From: Spirogloea muscicola
Taxonomy: Eukaryota
Direction: 5' to 3'
Assembly: GCA_009602725.1 (NCBI GenBank)
Contig: WELB01000002.1
Location: 329,083 to 370,024 of the forward strand
DNA length: 40,942 nt
The notes below the pieces were generated by a model, which saw only the letters and a program-made list of their open reading frames with translations, made no database searches and was not told where the DNA came from. This document shows, one piece after another, positions 25,386-36,700 of the stretch. The number at the start of each line of letters is the position of its first letter. Position 1 is the first letter of the stretch. A program made the translations under genes and the position numbers.

Positions 25386-27187
25386 CCCAATTGGATGAGC
25401 TTACTCGTCTGCTACTGAACGAATTCTCCAGAACCCATGTGAGCACGTATCTATCTGGGGTAACCGCGGGGGAAATGGAGCTGGCTAGGCGCAGCGGCCA
25501 TGGCTTCAAGTAGCCGTCAAGCCAAAGGGGCAGAACAAATGAAGCAGCGCGGTGCCAGGCGAGAAGGCTGGCTATGCAGCAGGCACGCTCTCCAGGTCGC
25601 GAGCACCGATTGGCTCCTCCTGATGGCCCGCCATAAGAAGAAGCTGTTTCTTCAGTTAGACGCGGTGTTTGCAGAAGTCCAGACTGAACAGAAGAAGCAA
25701 CATCGGAAGTGGGGTGTGAAAGGCCTTCCAAGAAGCATGATCAGGTTCAAGAACTTCTACCCACCGTTTGGTCGACGATGCACCAGAGTCGGAGTAGCTC
25801 CTCTGCAACTTGCGATTAAAGGAGCAGGCGCGCACATTGGAGAAGAGAAGGTGGAGTAGCACCTTTGACTTAGTAAGGGTTCAAATGCGAGGGGCTCTCT
25901 CTCAGGGGACAGTGAGGCTTGACAATGGTCAGCTCAATGAGCATTGACAAGGTCAAGCTGAGTACAGCATTCTAGCGAATGCTGTACTCCGTGGTCTGGC
26001 TTCTTTGCAGAGCTGTGTATCACACTTAGGTGGATGAGTTGCAAGTTCGAAATAGCATAGCCGCAGCCACGCCGCACTTACACCCCCGCCTATCGGCAAG
26101 AACGCCTGGTCAGCAAAGGTTGAAGGGGGCTCCAGAGTAGAGGTTGAGAGGCAGCGAGCAAGTGACGTGTGGTTGGTTGCCTAAAGAGCGTAAGGGTGTG
26201 AGGGCCGGAGCCGAGCAGTCTACTGGCCCAGTCTCTCACTCTTACTGATTGCTGACCTTGTGACACTGCCGCTGCCGCTCCACCGCTGCCGCCACTGCTC
26301 TGTCAGTAGGCGTCGAGCGCGCATTGCGGGCCGTGCAGATAGGGCACGCGCGTAGACCACTGACGGACCAGTCGCTCGAGAGCCTACTCCGAGAGACTCG
26401 GCAACCAGTCGCTTGAGACTGAGACGCACTTGGTAAGCAAGGGGGTTGTGAACTTATAACAAGTGCAGCTATCGAACATTGTCTCGAGCACTTAAAGGCT
26501 GTCGCATACTACTGTTACATCGATACCTTGCTTGCCTGCCACGTTGTTCGCGATCTGATCGCAGTTTGTAATTGGCACTCGGGAGACTTTTGGTGACTGG
26601 ATCGAGTGACATAGATAGCTGGGCTTGGCCACAGATGCCATTATTTCGCTGGGCTTGGGCCCCAACTTCACCAGATAGCTGCGCTTGGACCACACACAAA
26701 TGACTGGACCGTTGGGCTGTCCCATGGAGATACGAGATCGTTTCTTGGTGCTGGAATCCTCTCAGAGAGCGCTCTGGCCTCATTGGCTATGTACTCGACT
26801 TACTGCATTGTCTTGAGTAAAATGTGCATCCTGCTTGTCCACGCTGAATTTCACATCAATGTCCAGGCTATCGGAAACAAGTACTCGCCAAGCAACTTAT
26901 CGTATGTCTATGCCATGCTTCCGAGCAAGTTATCCTCTACACTTCCGCTTCTCACATTCACCCTTGCTTTATCTCGCTTTGCTAGCCACGTGAGCTACGA
27001 CGCGTCCCCCCTTCTGATGTACCGGATCGGTTCATCGACGTCGTATGGCAGCCAACACCCAGTGGCATGACTACGATGCCGCGCTTTGCGGCAAGGCCGG
27101 CGCCGCAGCCGAGGCGGCCGCCTGACACCGCGGGGTCAATGCGATAACGTAGGCCGACCTGCTTCCTCCTCCCAGCAAGCAAGACAC

Positions 27188-27790
27188 AGCTATTCCAATA
27201 ATTTAAAACGCAAGGCAATGGCATAAGAAGAAAGAAGGAAGTGCTCGCCCATAGAGGAGAAAGGAAGAAGAAAGAAAGTGCTCGCCCATAGAAGAGGGGG
27301 GGCTAGCAAAGCCAGCCCAGAAAGAATGGACAAAGTCCAAAGCCAAAGACCGAAGCGAGGAGAGGGGCTGGCAAAGCCAGCCCAAAAAGAATGGACAATG
27401 TCCAAAGCCAAAAGAAAAAGAAGAAAGTGCTCGCCCATTGAGATAGGGGCTGGAACAGCCAGCCCAAAGAAGAATGGACGAAGTACGAGAAGGGAGCCAG
27501 GAGAATGTGCTCGCCCACAGAGAAGAGTGGCTGGCAAAGCCAGCCCAAAATGAATGGACAATATCCCAAGCCAAAGAAAGAGGTGCCGAAAAAGAATCTC
27601 ACTACAGTCCATGCCTTGGACTAGGACGAAGACATCAGCCGGAAGAGAGCTCGCCCATTGAGGATAGGGGCTGGAACAGCCAGCCCAAAAAAGAATGAGC
27701 AGAGTACAAGAAGCCCAAGAAGAAGGGGGGCCAGGCGAAGCACTAAGGCGAAGCACTAAGAAAGAAGCACACAAGAAGAATCAGCCAGAG
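27188..27790 (+). repeat. Tandem array of about 65-85 bp double-hairpin modules (left arm)
   Basis: Unit approximately gtgctcgcccata/tgag..aggggctggcaaagccagcccaaaaagaatggacaatgtccaaagccaaa. Five GGCTRG..GCCAGCCC hairpins lie between 27298 and 27690. Confidence 0.85.
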
Positions 27791-27811
27791 GACGCTCAGT
27801 AACCTCTAGTC

Positions 27812-28874
27812 TTTTGGTCGACCGCTCCAACCTGGGGCTCTCTGTCTCGCGGGCCGGCCACGCTGCCTCGAAGGCCGCTCGCTGCAAGGCGGCCAAGCAC
27901 TCCGACCACCCACCTGCCGACAAGTTCGTCCCCTTGGCGGTGGACGTGCACGGGGCTCTTGGGTCCCAGTGGCTTGACCTGTTGGCTAGGCTTGCGCGGC
28001 GGGCTGTGTCCCGCAGACGCGGCGAGCCAGCCGACTTCAACGCCGCGGGCTCGTGGGCTCAGGTATATCGGATGCGCCTCTCTGTATCCCTGCAGCGGTC
28101 CATGGCCCACGCTCTGCATCTGCGAGCTGGCCGTGCTCTCGCTGCGGGCTCTGGCTTTCGTCAGGGTGATAGCTTCCCGGCAGCTAGTCTGTCGGATCTG
28201 AGGCTCCTCACTCGTACTTACAGAGTGATCCCTCCTCCCCCTGTTTTACCATAGCATCCTCAGGCCCCTTTGTGGAGACAGGCCAACTCCCCTTCCAAGT
28301 CGCCCTCCGCACTGCCCGCGACAGGCTCCTGCAGGTCCACCCCAACATGTCCGAGCAGACTGTTCCTTTCCGGCACCTCGCCCACACTCCAGACCTGCGG
28401 GCTCAGGCACGCTTCACGGCGTTGGTCGAGAAGGCGGCCTCCGACCAGGCGGTGGAGCTTCTCCCTCCGTCTGACGTTCGCGGGCGTGCTCGGCTTCTCT
28501 CCGCCTCTTCCCCTGGGGCGGCGGCGTGGCTCCAAGCGCTCCCACTCTATGCCGCACTTACCATGCCCGACGAGGTCTACCGGACGGCGGTGCATCGGCT
28601 CTTGGGGCTCCTCCCTCCCTGCCTTACAGGTGTCACACAGTGCGAGTGCGGCGCCCGGCACGCCGACCCTGCGGAGCTGGCCGCGCACATGCTCCGTTGC
28701 GCCCACGGAGGCGAGAGGACCGCTTCCCATGATCTTTTGCGCGATGGTATGCAGGGGGTGTTCATAGAGGCGGGCTTCAAGGTGGCGGTGGAGTGCTCCT
28801 CAGTCATGCCCATCCTGCGGGGCGAGGACGGCCGGTCGCACACCCGGCGCGCCGACCTGGTCGCTATCCCGCCC
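27812..28874 (+). mobile_element. Two head-to-tail fragments of a CRE-like non-LTR retrotransposon (CCHC finger plus restriction-like endonuclease)
   Basis: Fragment 1: AASKAARCKAAKH..FVPLAVDVHGALG..LARLARR..RLSVSLQR..to the element end at about 28253. Fragment 2: ARLLSASSPGAAAWLQALP..DEVYRTAVHRLLGL..CECG..HMLRC..ERTASHDLLRD..RRADLV, running into the gap. Confidence 0.85.
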
Positions 28875-29521
28875 NNNNNNNNNNNNNNNNNNNNNNNNNN
28901 NNNNNNNNNNNNNNNNNNNNNNNNNNNNNNNNNNNNNNNNNNNNNNNNNNNNNNNNNNNNNNNNNNNNNNNNNNNNNNNNNNNNNNNNNNNNNNNNNNNN
29001 NNNNNNNNNNNNNNNNNNNNNNNNNNNNNNNNNNNNNNNNNNNNNNNNNNNNNNNNNNNNNNNNNNNNNNNNNNNNNNNNNNNNNNNNNNNNNNNNNNNN
29101 NNNNNNNNNNNNNNNNNNNNNNNNNNNNNNNNNNNNNNNNNNNNNNNNNNNNNNNNNNNNNNNNNNNNNNNNNNNNNNNNNNNNNNNNNNNNNNNNNNNN
29201 NNNNNNNNNNNNNNNNNNNNNNNNNNNNNNNNNNNNNNNNNNNNNNNNNNNNNNNNNNNNNNNNNNNNNNNNNNNNNNNNNNNNNNNNNNNNNNNNNNNN
29301 NNNNNNNNNNNNNNNNNNNNNNNNNNNNNNNNNNNNNNNNNNNNNNNNNNNNNNNNNNNNNNNNNNNNNNNNNNNNNNNNNNNNNNNNNNNNNNNNNNNN
29401 NNNNNNNNNNNNNNNNNNNNNNNNNNNNNNNNNNNNNNNNNNNNNNNNNNNNNNNNNNNNNNNNNNNNNNNNNNNNNNNNNNNNNNNNNNNNNNNNNNNN
29501 NNNNNNNNNNNNNNNNNNNNN
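28875..29521. other. Assembly gap (N run)
   Basis: 647 consecutive N. Confidence 1.
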
Positions 29522-29925
29522 AGTCTGGGATATGCACGACGCGAGGATATGCTCCCAGCCCAGATGGGTATGCCGGCAGCCTATCTGTCATTTCTGCGAC
29601 GTCGAGTGTCAACCTGTCTGCAACGAGCTCAGGCGTATGCTCTCCATCAGAAAGCTGGTCGAGTCTTAGCTGCTGGCACACGAGCTAGTCAATTGCCGTC
29701 CGGTATTCGAGCGTCAGCTAGCGACCTCTATGTGCTGACTCGTGGTTACTGAGCGGGTCAGCTTAGCAGCAGGTGACGTACATTTGTCCAATGTGCTTGC
29801 CTTTGTACTTGGCCACACATGGCCTCCCCATCTCTTAATATACACGCATTTTCCTCGAGCTACTCGGACCTGATGTTGCTCACTCGCGGGTACTGAGCTT
29901 CCCTAGTATGTTGTCGTGATTGGTA
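29522..29925 (+). mobile_element. Two further CRE-like 3' ends with different tails
   Basis: RRRVSTCLQRAQAYALHQKAGRVLA..SDLYVLTRGY* (stop at about 29750) plus its tail, then SDLMLLTRGY* (about 29896) followed by gcttccctag. Confidence 0.75.
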
Positions 29926-29929
29926 GAGT

Positions 29930-30570
29930 AGAGGAGTCCTTCCTCGGCTTCTCATTCTTCGGCTTTGGACATTGTCCATTCTTTTTGGGCTGGCTTTGCC
30001 AGCCCCTCTTTTCTTTATGGGCGAGCCTTCTTCTTTGTAGCTGCTCACCGCTCTTAGGCCCCTCTGAACCTTTGTGAAATCTTTTTGGGCTGGCTTTTCG
30101 CAGCCCTTGCCCCCATTGGGAGTACCACTTCTCTCTTTCTTTGGCTTTGGACATTGTCCATTCTTTTTGGGCTGGCTTTGCTGGCCCCCTTTCTCTATGG
30201 GCGCGCTCTTTCTGCTTTGCCAGCCCCTCTTCTCTATGGGCGAGCCCTTTCTTCATTGGGAGTACCACTTCTTCTAGTCAGGAGATGAAGCGGGGGGAAG
30301 CGCCAAGGAAAACAAGCACAAGAAGAAACAAGAAGACAAGGGCCCAAAGGAAAGAAAGACCGGCCCGCCGCCTGCCGCAGCTACCCTCAAAGATTCCACT
30401 TCCTTATCTTCGGCCACTTCCGACCTTGTCGGGACATTCTCTTCGGGGCTGGCTTCATAAAGCCGGCCCCGCTTTAAGAAGGCCTATCTCCTCGTTCATT
30501 TTATTGGGCTGGCTTCTCACAGCCATAGCCTTACGTTATTAAGTTTTAAAAGAGCTATTTCTTTCCTCCT
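29930..30570 (-). repeat. Array of double-hairpin modules, mostly inverted relative to 27188-27790 (right arm)
   Basis: ggctttggacattgtccattctttttgggctggctttgccagcccc at 29961-30006 and about 30143-30190, ending gccatagccttacgttattaagttttaaaagagct. Confidence 0.85.
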
Positions 30571-30772
30571 TGACTTCTGTGGAACTTTCCTCTGACTTCC
30601 CTCGGCGAGCTTCGGCGCCTGGCACACCCCACGCCCGCCGCCATTAGCGCCGCCGCCGCCCGAACGACGTCCGGAAAAGCCCCGTGGCCCAGTTGTGGCG
30701 AGCCGTCCGGCGGCGCCTCCGCCTTGGTGCTCAGTGGTTGGGACGCTGGCCACGTAGCGGCTCTCGTCGAGA

Positions 30773-33700
30773 ATGGCAGCAGCTGCAGGCGCCGCGGCCG
30801 CGGCCAGGGGGCTTGTGGCAGTTGCGCTGTTGGGTTGCTTCGCCTTTGCCATCGGGAGCCTCGCGTGAGCAGCCCCCTCTCTGTGTGTCAGCCTGTTTGC
30901 AGCGAGCTCAGGCTCATGCTTTGCACCAGAAAGCTGGTCGAGTCTTAGCTGGTGGCACAAGGGCTTGTTAATTGCTGTCCGGATTTCGGGCGTCAATCAC
31001 AATCTTTATGTGCTCACTCTTGGTTACAAAGCGGGTCAGCTTAGCAGCAGGTGAGTACATGTGTCAAATGCGCTTGCCTTTGTACTTGGCCACTCAGGCC
31101 CTCCGTCACTCAATGGACACTCCATTCCCTTCTACTCCCCCTTGGATGTAAATTCTAAATGTCTCGGCACCGCCAGTCCTTAGCTGCGAGCAAAGTGCGC
31201 CTGCGAGTCTCCCTGTATCTGCCGCAATTGCACACTGGGCTCTTGCGGTGGCATGCACTCCAAATCTACGCTGCATTCCTCATTGGCCCTGCCCGCTGAC
31301 TTCCGACTTTCCTCCGCCTCGCAGCTCTGACAAGGCCGCCCTGCTGGCCTTCAAGGCCGGAATCACCAACGACCCTTATAGCGCACTCGCCAATTGGAGC
31401 CCAGCTGACGATACCCTGTGCGGCTGGTTTGGCATCGTGTGCAATGCCATGATGCAGGGAGGCCCCAGGCAAGAGCTTCATCCCAAGCCCGGCCTACGAC
31501 AAGCCGGCCATTGAAACGTGTCAATCAACAGGCACGAGCATTGGCAGCAGCTTTTTGACTTAGTGGCCATGGAGGGCCCACCTTCTCTGTGGCCACTCTC
31601 GCCAGGACTAAGAGCAGTGGCTGCGTAAGGCAGCAGAGGGCTCCTGGACCAGCAGCTTATGAACGAGCATAGAGAGGCGCAGCATGGAGATCTCGGTCAA
31701 GCTCAGTCTTTTCACTCCTGGCCACTGATATCTACTTGCAGGCAAGTGATCGGGCTGAATGTGTCGGAGATGCTGCTGGAAGGCAAGCTGGCCCCGAAGC
31801 TCGGCAACATTGGCAGCCTGCACTATATCATTCTGAACGACAACGTCCTCTCGGGCCCCATCCCGGCGGCGCTGGGCAACTTATCCGAACTTCAGATACT
31901 CCGCCTCAGTGACAACAGGTGAGCAAGCTCAAATTTCTCATCTCAATCTCACTTAAAAGCTTGACAACAGTGATCCTTTGCCTTTCTTTCTACCTCATGG
32001 ATTTTCCCTGGGGGCCTGCGTGCACACAAAATTTGCGTGGCGGCTTGTGAGCATGGCCTCTGTGAAGTCGTGCCTGTCATTCTGAGGGTCAAGCAACGGC
32101 GCAGAAGCCTCTGTGGCTGCACCCTTCATTGTGAAGCTGCTACTTCAAGTGCGATATCATGAGTCTTGCTGTTTCGTGTCATGGCAGATTGTCGGGTCCC
32201 ATTGCAGAAGAGCTTGGCAATTTGTTGGCCCTCCGAAGCCTCTACCTTGACAATAACACGTAATAATCCTCCTACCACCTGCACATGTACCACCACCACA
32301 TGCACATGAGAGGCTGTTATTTGTCCACCCTTGACAACAGGAACCAGCTAATTTTGCATGGAAATCAACTGAAACAGCCTCGACAAGCTCCATTAGCCTC
32401 AGTTGATCGTGGCCGTGCTAGAACGTTGAGCTGCTAGGAAGCTCGTGCAAGCACCTGGCAGTCTGGTGATCACATTGCCTTCGCCATCCTTCAGATTGAA
32501 TGGCCTCATCCCAATCAGTCTGGCCGCGCTTCCGCTCCTCGAAGAGCTCTACTTGGATAGTAACAGGTTCCTGTCGTACTCCATACTTAATTTGGAAATG
32601 AGGATGTGGACGTTTTGATGCACATGCCCTCTACTCGCATTGCTTCCAAAATTTGACTCAGTTCTACTAGGAAAATCGTGCAGCCTTACCGGTCAAGTGC
32701 CAGCATATTGGAGTCTCTTTGAGCCTCACGAATCTATTCCTGGACAACAATAGGTGCGTTTCCAGGATACTTGCGATCTGGAGTTGGCGAGACGAGATAG
32801 AGAAGTAGGCACAGCATCATTCAGTGATGTCTGCTGTACCTGCTTTTCCGTCTCGTCTCATCTCTCCAAGTCCGACTTGTTTTTCAGCACATCTGTTGCT
32901 TCAATAGTAGCTACCAAGTCGAGCAACTAAGATAGCTGGCTGGTACCTGACAGAGCATTTTCTTCTCTTGATTTTAGGCTCATGGGACTTATCCCGTCTC
33001 AGCTTGGCCAGAATCAGGCTCTCCAATATCTGTCCCTCGCAGGCAATCTGTAAGTAGAAGAGTCGCTGGATGGCACATCCATATAGGCGCTTTTGAGCTT
33101 AAAGCCTTCTATATCATATGTCCCTCTCTTTTCCTGTGGTGACATGCCATGTTGAATCGTCACATTGGTGCTGTCACTCTGCGGCAACCATATGCTGCTG
33201 CCACACCCAGTATCAATGCGCTTGTTGTCGTCAGCATTCATTGGGAACCACAAAGGGCTTTGATCATGCACTTTCTACCTATTTGCATGCGGCCGCCCAT
33301 CTCATTGTTGGCTATCCTCCAACCCAGATTGTCAGGAAGCATACCATCTGCGCTTGGAAATTGCTCGCAGCTCCTTGGTCTCGATGTCACCTATAACAGG
33401 TGTGCTGCTGAGCATGGAATACTATCAGTCCCTGTGCACAGACTGCATGTACAAGGCTTTGCAGCTTCCATCTTATCGTTAAAAGCACTCGAGATGTTGG
33501 AGCAACACCTTCTTTGCTGATGCTATTTCTGCACGCTTGGGCTACTTCACAAAAGCATCAATATGCAAAGTTTGACGTCGATCTAGGTTGGTTAGGGCCA
33601 TACCTGTGGAGCTTGCGATGCCTCAGATTGAGCTCCTCTATGTCCAGAACAACAGGTAGGTCACATGCAATGACCTCACAATCAAGTTGCCAGCCTTTCT

Positions 33701-36700
33701 GCCAGCTTTTTGCACTTTTCTATTTCGGAGGCTGCCTTACTGACGTCTTGCTTGGCTCCTCAAAATATCAGTCTCACAGGACCCATTCCTAAGGAGTTTG
33801 GAAAGTCAGTCAACCTCACAATCTTCGTTGCAGACAACAACAAGTATGCAACCATCCCTTGCAGGACATGAAGCCTTTCCTTGCTTGTATTGTCTGAGTT
33901 TATCACGAGTCAGAAAGGTCGTATGAGGTAAGGTGTAAGGGTAACATACAAGGCAACACCAAGACCCTGCAGCCCCTCATGTTGCATACTTATGCAAGCA
34001 CTGTGCAATGCAAGTGTCGCTGTGTCTTGAATTTGAATAAGGCCTAGTTGTGAATGTCGTCTTTCTGTTTCCAGCTTGACAGGTGCTGTACCTGCTGAGC
34101 TGGGAAAGACCTCCCTGACAAACTTGAGCCTCACCAACAACCTGTACGATCTTGACAGACCTTCATAGATGCAGTCCTTATCGAGAATGTTCTCAGCTGC
34201 GACACCAAGATGTCACTTGTAATGAGAGAACGAATCTTGCAGCCTAGAACAAATCAGCTGCACTCAACTTTTGATAACAGAAGCTTCACGCTGATATGTA
34301 TCCTTCAGGTTGGAAGGCATACTCCCTCCTGAGCTGTGTGGCCCCAGTAATAGGTTGACTTCGTCGGCACTCGATAGCAATAGGTGAGGTCACCTGAATT
34401 GACCCTCTTTGTTTCTACCCCTCTCATGCTGCTGCCTTTGATCCAGTGGTTGATTGAGAATCCATGATGCTTCAAGTGATGGTCTGGAAAATCCTCAAGT
34501 CCCATTTACTTTGACTCTTTTTTGGGCTAAGATTATCGTGCCCACTTCCAGCAACATTGGGGAATTGCACGTACCTCGTTGAAGTGTTTCTGAATAACAA
34601 CAGGTGAGGAAGCATACTCCACCTCTCCTACATCCTAGAGTGTTCACCTTAGAAGAGGTGTCATAGCACAGATAGTCTTTATGCAGGTTGCTATAGATAG
34701 TGAGTGCTCTGATGCTCTAATTTGGGACTGAATTATGCGATGTGCTCGCCTCAACTACTGTGTGCAAGATAGCTGGACTATATCAAAGGCCTTACTGTGA
34801 GCCGGATACTCTATGTCAGCTTCTGGATGCTAGCTACATTGTCAAATTTCTAGATTTTGTCCTTGCATTGCCTAATTCTGCATCCGTGCTAGGCACAGAA
34901 GCTTTTAAGTCATGTGAGTCAGGATAGAAGAATAACGCGTCCTACGTAGTGCGGGCAGGTTCACAGGAGAGGTCCCGCCTGAGTATGGCAGCTTCACCAG
35001 ACTTGTAACGCTTGATCTCAACAATAACAGGTGCCAGCAACCACACAGGTTTTTAGGCCATGTTTACACAACGTGTCATCTGTCACAAGCCATAAGTGCT
35101 CGCAGATGCCCGACTGTTGTGGATCTACTTTGACGAGCATAGAAATTGGTGTTAAAGCACTGTGGGCAGCAATCTCCTGCATGCACTGGCACGAATATAC
35201 CAACAGGTTTGCCATCTGATTTCTCACCGGAACAATCAGCCATCTGCAGTCTTACAGGAACAATTCCGCCAGAGCTTGGGAGATCCAGTGTTGTGAATCT
35301 GGGCTTGGCTTTGAACAGGTGCTCAGATATGGGAACCAATGTATGTGCTCGCGGCTCCTGTTGGAGCCGCAATCAGTTTTATTATTCTGTGCAGTGCTCA
35401 ACATCTTGTCAGTGTGTGGCAAAACAGGGAGGACATAATGAGTTCTGATTCAGCCTTTGTGGGTTCACAGAAGTCTGCTGCAAGTGGACATCAATCATGT
35501 ACACAATGTGTGACCCCCTGTTACATTTGTATTTGCAGGCTCACAGGCGTAATTCCTCCAGAGATTTTTGGCAATGGCAGGTTGCAGAAGCTGGCGATCT
35601 TTCAGAATAAGTATAGGACTCATCCTTCTCACGGCTGCGGTTGAGAAGCAACCTCTTTTGTACATACTGCAGCAGTAGATACATTACGAAGTCAGGAGAC
35701 TCATAATGCTTTGCTTGGTGACACCAACAGACTCACAGGGAGCATTCCTGCGACCATTGGGAACTGCACCACACTGACAGAATTTTCTGCATCCAACAAC
35801 AAGTCAGTGCTCACATTGGTCTGAGCATCATACAAAACTCTGTGGCAGTGGTGCACAATGATGTACATGAATTTTAAGGCAGTCCCTTGAAGACCTGGTG
35901 GCACAACGCCAATGCTCTGTGTTTGTCTTGCTATCAGACTGACATTAACAATTTACACAATTGAGAGCTTTTGCTAGTGGCAGGTAACATTTGCTGCAGC
36001 TTTTCCAGAATGAGTATCGGCTTCATCCTTCTCAGTAGAAAGGATGATCTTTATTCTTATCAGCTGATGAAGTCAGTAGACTGATTGTCCTTTTCTCGAT
36101 GGCATCAACAGTCTTACAGGAAGCATCCCCGCCACAATCGGGAACTGCACAACACTATCATACTTTGGCGCATCCAACAACAAGTCAGCTCTTACATTGC
36201 TCTGAGCAGTATGGGAGACTTTGTGGCGTGCTCAACATTGCGCGTGTCATAATTCATGGCAATCAATGACTGGACCATTGAAGTTGATGCGACTCTGCTG
36301 TACATCTCAGTGGCAAGCGTTACCACATGTTGCAGATTAAGCGGGAAGTTCCCCGCTTCACTGGCAAACCTGTCCCTGTTACAGGTCCTCTCAATTTCGA
36401 TTAATCAGTAAGTGACCACATACAAATGTGGCAAGCTCTTCACTGATGGTCGTCTGCAGCAATACAGAGAAGTTAACATCTAAGCCAACCAATCATGTAC
36501 AATGGATGAGTGGCACTCTCACTGACCTTATCCACTCCAACAACAAGTACTCCCGATACTGCACTCCTCTCCAAACTAGTGTGACGGCAGTCTAGGCGGT
36601 CTTGGCGGTCTTGGCGGGTTGTGGAAGTCTCAACACTGCCCTCTGCTCTTGCCGCTTCCACATCATGACTTGGATTCTGACAAGGCCAAATGTGCAGCCT

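Noticed and set aside
25400..27150. Possible gene or pseudogene (ORF 25500-25859; exon-like pieces 26560-27125)
   Set aside because: No recognisable motif, several stops and no consistent splice model. It does not look like the POP1 C-terminus.
27240..27700. CRISPR array
   Set aside because: The repeats are palindromic, but the intervening sequence is itself repeated and shuffled rather than unique fixed-length spacers. There are no cas genes and the context is eukaryotic.
27190..27774. Hydrophobic or basic ORFs suggesting membrane proteins (also 29903-30542 and 39400-39900)
   Set aside because: They are translations of the purine/pyrimidine-skewed repeat modules.
28272..29752. Long ORFs of 293-465 aa in the ORF track
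   Set aside because: Artefacts of reading through the 647-N gap.
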